Shown piece by piece: positions 55,750 through 64,000 of a stretch of DNA of 64,000 nucleotides. Each line of letters opens with the position of its first letter. Position 1 is the stretch's first letter. A program made the translations under genes and the position numbers. The stretch comes from Candidatus Poribacteria bacterium. Its GTDB lineage: Bacteria > Poribacteria > WGA-4E > WGA-3G. The DNA lies in the NCBI GenBank assembly GCA_963663765.2, contig CAXXUA010000004.1, positions 544,001 to 608,000 on the forward strand. The letters are read 5' to 3'. Below the pieces are notes generated by a model, which was given only the letters and a program-made list of their open reading frames with translations, did no database searches and was not told where the DNA came from.

Positions 55750-57654
55750 ATGCGATACAGTTTAATAAGCGTGCTCTGTTTCTGTGTCGTTTCTCCATTG
55801 TTAGCTGAGACTTTCACAGATGTCAGCATATTTGCAGGTGTACAACAACGTGAAACACCAATAGATGAAAACTCCGGTACCTGGTTTGGTCCCGGTACCG
55901 CCGCTGCAGACTATGATAACGATGGTTGCTGGCTTGACATCTTCGTTGTTGGTGATGGGGGACTCCCGAACTCACTTTACCATAATAATAGGGATGGAAC
56001 ATTTACTGATATTGCTGGTAAAGCAGGTGTTGACAACACCCCAAATGGTAGAGGATGCGTTTGGTTTGACTATAACAATGATGGTTGGCGAGACCTTTAT
56101 GTAACCTGTGCGGGACCGAACTATCTTTTTATGAACAACGGAGATTGCACGTTCACAGATGTCACTGAGCAGGCAGGTGTTGCTGATGCACAGCACGGTA
56201 CAAGTATCGCAGTCGCAGATTATGACCATGATGGGTGGTTGGATATATATGTTGCAAACTGGGGACGTCCAGCATCGCTTTTAGTTTTTCAACCCGATCC
56301 GAGTGTTAATGTACTTTATCGGAACAAAGGTGATGGCACTTTTGAAGATATGTCACAGGTCGCAGGAGTCGCAGATGGTGGAATTGGATGGGGGGCAATC
56401 TTTTTCGACTATGATGGCGATACATGGGCAGATTTGTTCGTTGCAAATGACCATGGACCTGATAAGTTATATCGCAACAAAGGGGACGGTACTTTCGTTG
56501 ATGTTTCTGATCAATCTGGTATTGTAACGCTCATCAGAGGAAAACCGACCGGCGCAATGGGATTTTGCGTCGGTGATTATGACAACGATACTGACCTTGA
56601 CCTTTTCGTTACGAACTATGATGAAGACCTTCTCTGGCGAAACAACGGTGATGGTACTTTCACTAATGTTGCTGAAGATGTTGGCGTAGCAAACGTCGGT
56701 GTCGGCTGGTATGCCTCTTTTGTTGACTACGACAATGATGGACATAGGGACCTATATGTCGTCAACGGTGATGTGGATAATTCGCAAAAGACCAACCGCA
56801 ACCGTCTCTATCATAATAATGGAAATGGGATGTTTGTGGATCGTTCCGATGAATTCAACACGGTTGTTGATGTTGTTGGGCGCGGTGCAACCACCGGAGA
56901 CTTTGATAACGATGGTGATGTTGATTTTTATATAGTAAACAACACTGGCAATACGCTTCTTCTAAACGATCTGGATCCTTCGTGGCCGTCCGATGATCCA
57001 CCATGGCAGTCAAATAGACATGCTACTCGACGCAACTTAGCTAAGAATCAACGTCTACAAATACGTTTGCATGGAACAAAGAGCAACCGTGACGGCATCG
57101 GAACACGGATCGCTGTAAGAGTAAAGGACTTTGTTCAGACACAAGAACTAATTTGCGGTACCGGTTTTCTCGGTAGTGATAGCTTAGAACTTGAGATTGG
57201 ACTTGCAGGTGCTTCTCGAATTGATGCTATTACTCTGACGTGGCCTTCCGGTCTTGTTGAAACCTATGAAAACCTATATGTAGCAGATCTGTTTGTTTTT
57301 ACTGAAGGTGAAAAAGAAAAATTTGTCGTATCGGTTGAACCGACAGGAAAACAAATTACAACATGGGGTAGGACGAAAAAAGCAGAAATTTATCAAAACT
57401 ATCCTAACCCATTTAACCCAGAAACATGGATTCCGTATAAACTTTTTGAAACCAGTGATGTTCAGGTTTCCATATTTTCCTCAACTGGAGAATTGGTTAG
57501 AGAATTCAAACTTGGACATCAGTATCAAGGTAATAAAAAGTTGCATTGGGATGGGAAGAACGCTCAGGGTGAAACTGTCTCCAGTGGAATCTATTTCTAT
57601 CAGTTTAAGGCGGGTAATACCACAAGTGTGCGGAAAATGTGGTTAATGAAATAG
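55750..57654 (+). CDS. FG-GAP/ASPIC-UnbV protein with a C-terminal FlgD-Ig (T9SS-CTD-like) domain
   Basis: AAGGAG RBS, signal peptide, DYDNDG repeats, QNYPNPFNPETWIPY...WDGKN..GE.VSSGIYFY. Confidence 0.88.
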   Translation: MRYSLISVLCFCVVSPLLAETFTDVSIFAGVQQRETPIDENSGTWFGPGTAAADYDNDGCWLDIFVVGDGGLPNSLYHNNRDGTFTDIAGKAGVDNTPNGRGCVWFDYNNDGWRDLYVTCAGPNYLFMNNGDCTFTDVTEQAGVADAQHGTSIAVADYDHDGWLDIYVANWGRPASLLVFQPDPSVNVLYRNKGDGTFEDMSQVAGVADGGIGWGAIFFDYDGDTWADLFVANDHGPDKLYRNKGDGTFVDVSDQSGIVTLIRGKPTGAMGFCVGDYDNDTDLDLFVTNYDEDLLWRNNGDGTFTNVAEDVGVANVGVGWYASFVDYDNDGHRDLYVVNGDVDNSQKTNRNRLYHNNGNGMFVDRSDEFNTVVDVVGRGATTGDFDNDGDVDFYIVNNTGNTLLLNDLDPSWPSDDPPWQSNRHATRRNLAKNQRLQIRLHGTKSNRDGIGTRIAVRVKDFVQTQELICGTGFLGSDSLELEIGLAGASRIDAITLTWPSGLVETYENLYVADLFVFTEGEKEKFVVSVEPTGKQITTWGRTKKAEIYQNYPNPFNPETWIPYKLFETSDVQVSIFSSTGELVREFKLGHQYQGNKKLHWDGKNAQGETVSSGIYFYQFKAGNTTSVRKMWLMK

Positions 57655-57980
57655 ATTGATCCGACAAATATAAGGTGAGGAAAATGGTTGGAACGAATTG
57701 CATCACAGCGTAATTGCTACGACTCTTGTTGACTTTCTGCTTTATTACAACATGACCGCTCTCCTTTTTACATATAACCCTATGTCTATGTGCCATCCTT
57801 TAAACTTTAGAGTCTTGTTTTTGGTATATTTTTAAATAAATTACACACTTAACAGGTAGTAGCGACCTCCTGGTCGTGACCGGTAGGTCGCTACTACCAA
57901 ATGTAAAAGGCTAAATAAATAACACAATTCCAACGTCGTGAACTGAAGAAATGTATAATTCTTTTTAAAATCAACCCTAA

Positions 57981-58102
57981 CAGGACTTTCGCAGTAAACG
58001 GTAGGCGCGCTTTGTAAGCACGCTGAAAACTAAAAAAGTGCTGAAAATTACATCATTTTCACCATAATTCTTGATTAAATCTTGATAACTGCGTAAGTCC
58101 TG
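57981..58102. mobile_element. MITE family A
   Basis: CAGGACTTTCGCA / TGCGTAAGTCCTG; imperfect TSD cctaa/cataa. Confidence 0.8.
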
Positions 58103-58187
58103 CATAAAAAAGATACCTTTAGTGTTTATCCCTGTAAATCGGTTTTAGTATTTCCTCATATACCAACAGATTAGGAGCAAGCAAATC

Positions 58188-59210
58188 GTGTCAATCCCTC
58201 CCAAAGTTCGCGTTGCTTTCTATGGATGTGGAAACTTTGCAAAAAGAACCCGAATACCCAACCTTTTACAACAGGAAGTTGTTAATATTGTTGCAGTGTG
58301 TGATAGCAATGTGAAAACAGCAACGGAAACAGCACAACTTTTTGACATTCCAAAAACCTACCACAATGAAAACGGTGGCGCACACGAAATGCTTGATACC
58401 GAAGATTTTGACGTGCTATACTCTATCGTACCTGCTTATGTGCGAACTGATGTTGAAGTCATTGCTGCAAAGAAAGGCATACACATCTTCAGTGAAAAGC
58501 CACAGGCAATTACTATGCAGGTAGCAAATCGCATTGACAGAGCCATTCGAAAAGCACGTGTCCTGAGTACCGTTGGATTTCGCGAACGGTATCGTCCAAT
58601 TTTTCAAAAAGCACGTGAATTTTTGTCTGATAAAAAGATTGTGCATGTTCGCTTCCAAAGTTATGGAGGATTACCCGCTGCTGCAAGTAGCGAAACAAAA
58701 TCGTGGTGGGCAGACATGGAGAAATCCGGTGGTCGCGCTCTTGATTGGGGTGTCCATGCCACTGATTATAGTCGTTATATGACGGGATTGAATGTTGCTC
58801 GCGTGCAAGCGTTCTATTGTGAACGCACAGAATACGCTGCACCACTAACGTGTAGTTTTCATTACTGTTTTGAGAACGGTGGGACGATGACTCTTAACTT
58901 TATTTCCGCTGGTCAGAGCCCAAAAGACGAACCCTGGTTTACCATCTTCTTTGAAGGTGGGTATCTTGCTATTTATAAATACGACAGAATTGTTGTCAAT
59001 TCAGACACATTCTATCAAGCAGAGGAGTTTGATCCGTGGTTAGAACAAGATAGAACCTTTATTCGTGCTGTTGAAACAGGGGATGCAAGTATATTACAAA
59101 GCGATTACCACGATGGACTTTTCTCTTTAGCCCCAATATTGGCAGGTTGGGAATCTGCACGCCGAAATGGTGAATGTATCGAACTGGATTCGTTCATGGA
59201 TGTCACCTAA
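58188..59210 (+). CDS. Gfo/Idh/MocA oxidoreductase
   Basis: GCGNFA, HIFSEKP, GG.ALDWGVH. Confidence 0.9.
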   Translation: MSIPPKVRVAFYGCGNFAKRTRIPNLLQQEVVNIVAVCDSNVKTATETAQLFDIPKTYHNENGGAHEMLDTEDFDVLYSIVPAYVRTDVEVIAAKKGIHIFSEKPQAITMQVANRIDRAIRKARVLSTVGFRERYRPIFQKAREFLSDKKIVHVRFQSYGGLPAAASSETKSWWADMEKSGGRALDWGVHATDYSRYMTGLNVARVQAFYCERTEYAAPLTCSFHYCFENGGTMTLNFISAGQSPKDEPWFTIFFEGGYLAIYKYDRIVVNSDTFYQAEEFDPWLEQDRTFIRAVETGDASILQSDYHDGLFSLAPILAGWESARRNGECIELDSFMDVT

Positions 59211-59261
59211 ATGTAATTTTTTTCGTATGATTAATTAAATAAGTTTACTATTTATTGCAAT

Positions 59262-59495
59262 TTGGAGGAATTAGAAATAATGGATGCAAAATTAAAAAAA
59301 GTGCAAATTACACCGATGAAATTTGATAAGGATGGTGACGTACAAAAAGAGGAATTTGCAACGTTGACAATAGAAGTGCCGATGGATAGCGCGGGACAAC
59401 GTGATTCAATTGTAAGTCTATTGCAACTTCTCAGTAGAGAATGGGTTGTCCTGCATGTAGAAGGCAAATCACCTGGCGCAGTGGGAACCGCCTAA
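59262..59495 (+). CDS. Small hypothetical protein
   Basis: ORF closely spaced before the aminotransferase; start may be ATG 59280 after GGAGG. Confidence 0.6.
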   Translation: MEELEIMDAKLKKVQITPMKFDKDGDVQKEEFATLTIEVPMDSAGQRDSIVSLLQLLSREWVVLHVEGKSPGAVGTA

Positions 59496-59502
59496 GTCTA
59501 TC

Positions 59503-60636
59503 ATGAAAAAAAAACACCTTTTTACCCCCGGTCCAACTCCAATTCCACCAGATGCCTATTTGGCAATGGTACAACCGATTGACTACCACCGCAGTGAAGA
59601 GAGTGTTGCTTTAATTAAAGACATCTTAGAAAAACTCAAACATGTATTTCAAACGGAGAATGATGTTCTTTTTCTGACATCCTCTGGCACTGGGGCGATG
59701 GAGGGTGCTGTTGCCAATCTGCTATGTCGTGGTGACAAGGCTTTAGTTATTCGGAGTGGTAAGTTTGGTGAACGGTGGGCAGAAATCTGCACGGCGTATG
59801 GGGTTGAGGTCGTTCCTATTGATGTGACCTATGGTGATTCAGTTGCACCAGAAGTCGTAGCAGAAAAGCTGACTACTAACTCTGATGTAACAGCAGTTTT
59901 TGCAACACTTTGCGAAACATCTACAGGTGCATTGCACGACATTGAAGCGATAGCAGGCATAACGAGAGACAGTCCAGTACTTCTTGTCGTTGATGCGGTT
60001 AGTGCACTCGGTGCAGACGATTTGCAGATGGACAGTTGGGGTGTAGATGTTGTTGTGTCCTGCTCACAAAAAGGATTGATGACTCCTCCGGGACTCGCTT
60101 TTGCTGCACTGAACTCTCGCGCTTGGGATGCAACAGAACGATCCGATCTTCCAAAATACTACCTCGACTACCGCAAGGCACATCAGCGCGGGTTAGAAGG
60201 GTCAGCACCATACACACCAGCAGTTACACTACTTGCAGGATTACAATTCGCACTCAATCATATCTGTGCGGAAGGTATCCGAAATACCATCTCGCGTCAT
60301 GCCCGAATGGCATCTGCTACGCGAAATGCCATCAAAGCCATCGGTCTACCGTTGTTTGCAACATCTCCTGCGAATACGTTAACCTCCATCCGTTTGCCCG
60401 AAGAAATTGATGGTAAAGCGTTTGTTAAGATGATGCGAGATAATCATGGCATCACTTATGCAGGCGGACAGGGGAATTTGAGTGGAAAGATTGTCCGTAT
60501 TGCACATCTCGGCTGGATGAACGAATACGATGTTATTGTTGCTATCTCTGCTTTTGAGAGAGGGATTGCAGAAATCGGATACGATGTACAACTCGGAGCG
60601 GGTGTTACAGCTGCACAAGAGGTTTTTTTAACCTAA
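59503..60636 (+). CDS. Class V PLP aminotransferase (serine-pyruvate/alanine-glyoxylate type)
   Basis: FTPGPT, SGTGAMEG, ETSTG, VDAVS, SQKGL, RIAHLG. Confidence 0.92.
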   Translation: MKKKHLFTPGPTPIPPDAYLAMVQPIDYHRSEESVALIKDILEKLKHVFQTENDVLFLTSSGTGAMEGAVANLLCRGDKALVIRSGKFGERWAEICTAYGVEVVPIDVTYGDSVAPEVVAEKLTTNSDVTAVFATLCETSTGALHDIEAIAGITRDSPVLLVVDAVSALGADDLQMDSWGVDVVVSCSQKGLMTPPGLAFAALNSRAWDATERSDLPKYYLDYRKAHQRGLEGSAPYTPAVTLLAGLQFALNHICAEGIRNTISRHARMASATRNAIKAIGLPLFATSPANTLTSIRLPEEIDGKAFVKMMRDNHGITYAGGQGNLSGKIVRIAHLGWMNEYDVIVAISAFERGIAEIGYDVQLGAGVTAAQEVFLT

Positions 60637-60651
60637 GTATTGACAGAAAAG

Positions 60652-61483
60652 TAGGGTTATTCAGTTTTAAGAATCTATCGTTATGCCAGTTAATTTTGGG
60701 TTAAGATTAACGACTTGTGCCAGTTAACCCATTGTTTTCAAAGTTTTTACATATATTAGGTTTATAATGCATACATATCGTCCCTACGGGACTAAAGAGG
60801 ATGTACTATGCCGTTTTTCTATAAACATATCGTCCCTACGGGACTGAAGATCGTTTCAAACTATGAAGGACACCTGCAAAACACCATGCTTATGTGAAAC
60901 AATGATTAACATATAGTTATTTAGCACAACTCGTTAAATTACTAATTGGTAAAATTGGTAATTTTTTCTTCGGAAAAACCCAGTCATAGACAAGATTTGT
61001 GTACAGAAAAAATTACCAATTGCCTGAAAGTAGCGACTTGTACTAAATAACTATTTATTAAAAATTACTTCACATAGACAAGTGGATTTAACCGTCCTTC
61101 TTTTGCTTTGGATGATCTTTAGTCCCGTAGGGACGAAATGTTATATACCATACCCAATATATGTGAATTTAGTATAAACATTTAGTTAACTGGCACAAGT
61201 CGTAAGATTAGTAATTATATAGGATTTTTGTGGTATTCTTGATTTTGGTCTGAACTAGGATTTTCAGGATGAGTAGATTATCAAGATATTACTCATCAGA
61301 TCCTAATCCAAAAGAGAGCATAAACACATATCAAAAACCCTTGACGAGGTAAATCCTGCTAATCTGGTAATCCTGAAAATCCTGGTTCAGAAAAAGAATG
61401 GATTAACTCACAAGAATAAGCTCACTCAAGGATTAACAACTTTGATAGAATTTACTCAATAAATTGAAAACTGAATAACCCTG
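60652..61483. mobile_element. Non-autonomous element with (C)AGGGTTATTCAGTTTT ends hosting a nested family B composite (60710-61203)
   Basis: Inverted ends at 60652 and 61483; the nested unit has a 7-bp TSD AAGATTA; another end copy at 63720. Confidence 0.7.
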
Positions 61484-61567
61484 TCCTATTGATTTAGGAG
61501 TTGTTTTTTTCTGATGAATTCTGATACAATAATAAGATAAGTTGAACATCAGAAAAAACAATTCTTT

Positions 61568-62312
61568 TTTCTATTTCATTTAGGGGATTGACAACCCCCT
61601 AATACTTATCAATATTGTATCATATATTGTACAGGACTTACGCAGTTTTCTTGATTTAATCAAAAATTATGATGAAAATGATGCCATTATCAGCGTTTTT
61701 ATGGGTTTCCGGCGCGCTTACAAAGCACGCCTACCGTTGGGTGCGTAAGTCCTGTTTCTAATTCATTTAGGGATTGACAACCCCCTAATACTTATCAATA
61801 TTGTATCATATATTGTACAGGACTTACGCAGTTTTCTTGATTTAATCAAAAATTATGATGAAAATGATGCCATTATCAGCGTTTTTATGGGTTTCCGGCG
61901 CGCTTACAAAGCACGCCTACCGTTGGGTGCGTAAGTCTTGTTTCTAATTCATTTAGGGATTGACAACCCCCTAATACTTATCAATATTGTTTCATATATT
62001 GTACAGGACTTACGCAGTTTTCTTGATTTAATCAAAAATTATGATGAAAATGATGCCATTATCAGCGTTTTTATGGGTTTCCGGCGCGCTTACAAAGCAC
62101 GCCTACCGTTGGGTGCGTAAGTCCTGTTTCTAATTCATTTAGTGATTGACAACCCCCTAATACTTATCAATATTGTTTCATATATTGTACAGGACTTACG
62201 CAGTTTTCTTGATTTAATCATAAACTATGACGAAAATGATGCCATTATCAGCGTTTTTATGGGTTTCCGGCGCGCTTACAAAGCACGCCTACCGTTGGGT
62301 GCGTAAGTCCTG
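61568..62312. repeat. Four tandem 186-bp units, each 63-bp flank plus a complete 123-bp family A MITE
   Basis: MITEs at 61632, 61818, 62004 and 62190; TSD TTGTA at the outer junctions. Confidence 0.92.
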
Positions 62313-62426
62313 TTGTAATTAAGACAAGCAATAAATCCATTCTATGTATAGGCTTATAGCAGTTTTATTGAATCCCAAAACAACTAATTCCCAAGCTAAA
62401 TAACTCTGACCAGATATGTTTTCTTA

Positions 62427-62455
62427 TTGACATTCAATAAAAAACATGTTAACAT
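62427..62455 (+). promoter_or_regulatory. Putative promoter of the UxxU gene
   Basis: TTGACA-17 nt-TAACAT. Confidence 0.5.
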
Positions 62456-62538
62456 TTATACAAAATTAAGAACAAATTTGACTTATACCTAACTAAAATA
62501 CATTGTAGGTAAAAACTAATATTCGTGAGGATTTAACA

Positions 62539-63594
62539 ATGAAAAATCTACTTACAGCAATACTTGTTATACAGTTCGTTTTCATTTCTCTCGGTTTCGC
62601 ACAAGAGAGCTGAGGTGCGTGAAGCAACCCCACAATCCCACTCAGTGGGGGAGATGAAGTTAGTTTAACTTCAGAGCAAAAGAGATTTCAAATTACATTT
62701 GGCACACGAACTTTTAATGCCCATGGTGGACACGATGAAGTTAATGGTATATCGGCATTTGGTGAACCACCAGAACCTGTTGCTGCACACCGTCATGAAG
62801 TTGAGATGAATGTAGTGCGCTTTGAAATCGGATTAAAATACAAAATAAACAAGAATTGGCAACTGGAAACTATAGTTCCTTATGAGATAAAAGACCAGAA
62901 TGCTAATGTAAGTGGACTTGAAAACATTGATGATTCTGAAATGCACAGGAAAATACTACTCTATCAAAATATTCATCATCGGGATGAAACCTATCAAGGT
63001 ATCTCGGATATGGATCTATTGATGTCTTATCACAAGCATGGTCTTCTGATGAAAAATGATATGTTAACCGCGAAATTTGGATCAACAATACCGGTTGGAA
63101 AAACAGAAAAAGACCCATGGAAACTTGGTGATATGGGGATGGAACATCTCCATCTTCAATTCGGCACTGGGACATTTAATCCCATCGCAGACCTGCGTTA
63201 CTCCTTTCCAGTATATGCTGGATTGTCTGTAAATGCAGGTGTTCGCAGTAAGGTGCCTTTCTATGAAAACAGTAAGACATATCTCGGCTCATGGGAAGTT
63301 ACCTATACTGGTGGATTGAGATATAAAGTCGTAGACTGGCTTTCAGTACAGTCAAGTTTTCTTGGACTATATCAATCCTTTGCACATTGGGATGGAGAAA
63401 TTGACATCAATACAGGATTGCAGTTTAGTATGGCTTCTTTGGGAGCATCTTTCTCAACTCCTTACAATGTCCCTTTGACTATTACATTGATGTTGCCAAT
63501 ACAACAAGAAACCCTTTACGAAGACTCGCAGAATGGCAGTGATGCTTTCAAATTGAGTATGTTAGTTTCTCTAACTGCGTTGTATTCCTTTTGA
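62539..63594 (+). CDS. Putative selenoprotein (UxxU) outer-membrane beta-barrel protein, 351 aa
   Basis: GAGGA RBS, ATG 62539, signal peptide; in-frame TGA at 62611 and 62620; continuous frame into ORF 62806-63594; QFGTGT motif and terminal YSF. Confidence 0.72.
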
Positions 63595-63936
63595 TCTTAG
63601 CTCCAAGATAGAATTTGACACAAATATTGTGAGTCGTAATTCATCGTAAAAGAGTTCATAGACAAGTGTTTTTCTGCTCAGTTCCTCGCTTCATTTAGAA
63701 TGATACCAACTCCTTCCCCCAGGGTTATTCAGTTTTCAATTTATTGAGTAAATTCTATCACAGTCGTTAATTCTTGAGTTTGCTTATTTTTGGGGTTAAC
63801 TTATTCTTTGTTTGAAAAACCTGGTTTCGACATAAATAATAACTTTGCACACGCATACAGTTTAGGTTGAAAACCGTGAATTATTCTGATAAAATTATAT
63901 AGAAACATCAGAACTTCTTATAACAAAAGAGGCGAT

Positions 63937-64000
63937 ATGCAACATCTTTACGATACACAACCCATCAATCCACCATCTCGTGCGATCCTTGTCGGTGTGA
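63937..64000 (+). CDS. Start of a CDS, possibly an HflX GTPase (partial)
   Basis: GAGG RBS; MQHLYDTQPINPPSRAILVGV resembles the HflX N-terminus; only 21 codons visible. Confidence 0.4.
   Translation, partial: MQHLYDTQPINPPSRAILVGV

Noticed and set aside
61568-62312. CRISPR array or ORF 61938-62120
   Set aside because: The 'spacers' are near-identical and the repeat is a 123-bp MITE; the ORF is a chance reading of the repeat
62611-62622. Genome-wide UGA reassignment (code 4 or 25)
   Set aside because: TGA is a normal stop elsewhere (e.g. genes ending at 13479, 4570 and 63594) and long genes have no internal TGA
61483-63720. Composite transposon carrying the UxxU gene
   Set aside because: The flanking CAGGGTTATTCAG ends belong to separate elements on either side rather than enclosing the gene, and no TSD or transposase is visible

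Overview
Bacterial chromosomal window, very probably Candidatus Poribacteria. The 16S has a divergent 27F site and matches Poribacteria-type primer sites as I recall them; PhyH, WD40, TPR, FG-GAP and LamG proteins with a TWG C-terminal motif fit this too. Housekeeping and metabolic genes include pyrF, argH, batC/batD, an SPFH protein, a coxM/S/L-like molybdo-hydroxylase with moaD, a DRG-type GTPase, an M20 hydrolase and a class-V aminotransferase. RNA genes are tRNA-Asn, tRNA-Ile, tRNA-Ala and a 16S rRNA gene with no 23S after it. Mobile DNA comprises a tnpB-only IS200/IS605 element, a decayed PemK/MazF toxin-antitoxin pair and many MITE/REP-like elements, several with clear 5-bp or 7-bp target-site duplications, nested insertions or tandem amplification. 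Two things stand out. (1) A gene whose 5' part the ORF track missed (62539-63594): signal peptide, then two in-frame TGA codons in a UxxU arrangement, then a predicted outer-membrane beta-barrel. It is a candidate double-selenocysteine protein with alternative SECIS-like hairpins, each starting 14 nt after one of the UGAs. (2) A ~17-kb locus of a stand-alone ECF sigma factor followed by a head-to-tail array of 8 paralogous WD40 genes (6 intact, 2 disrupted) plus a remnant, with conserved ends, divergent middles and a repeated leader.
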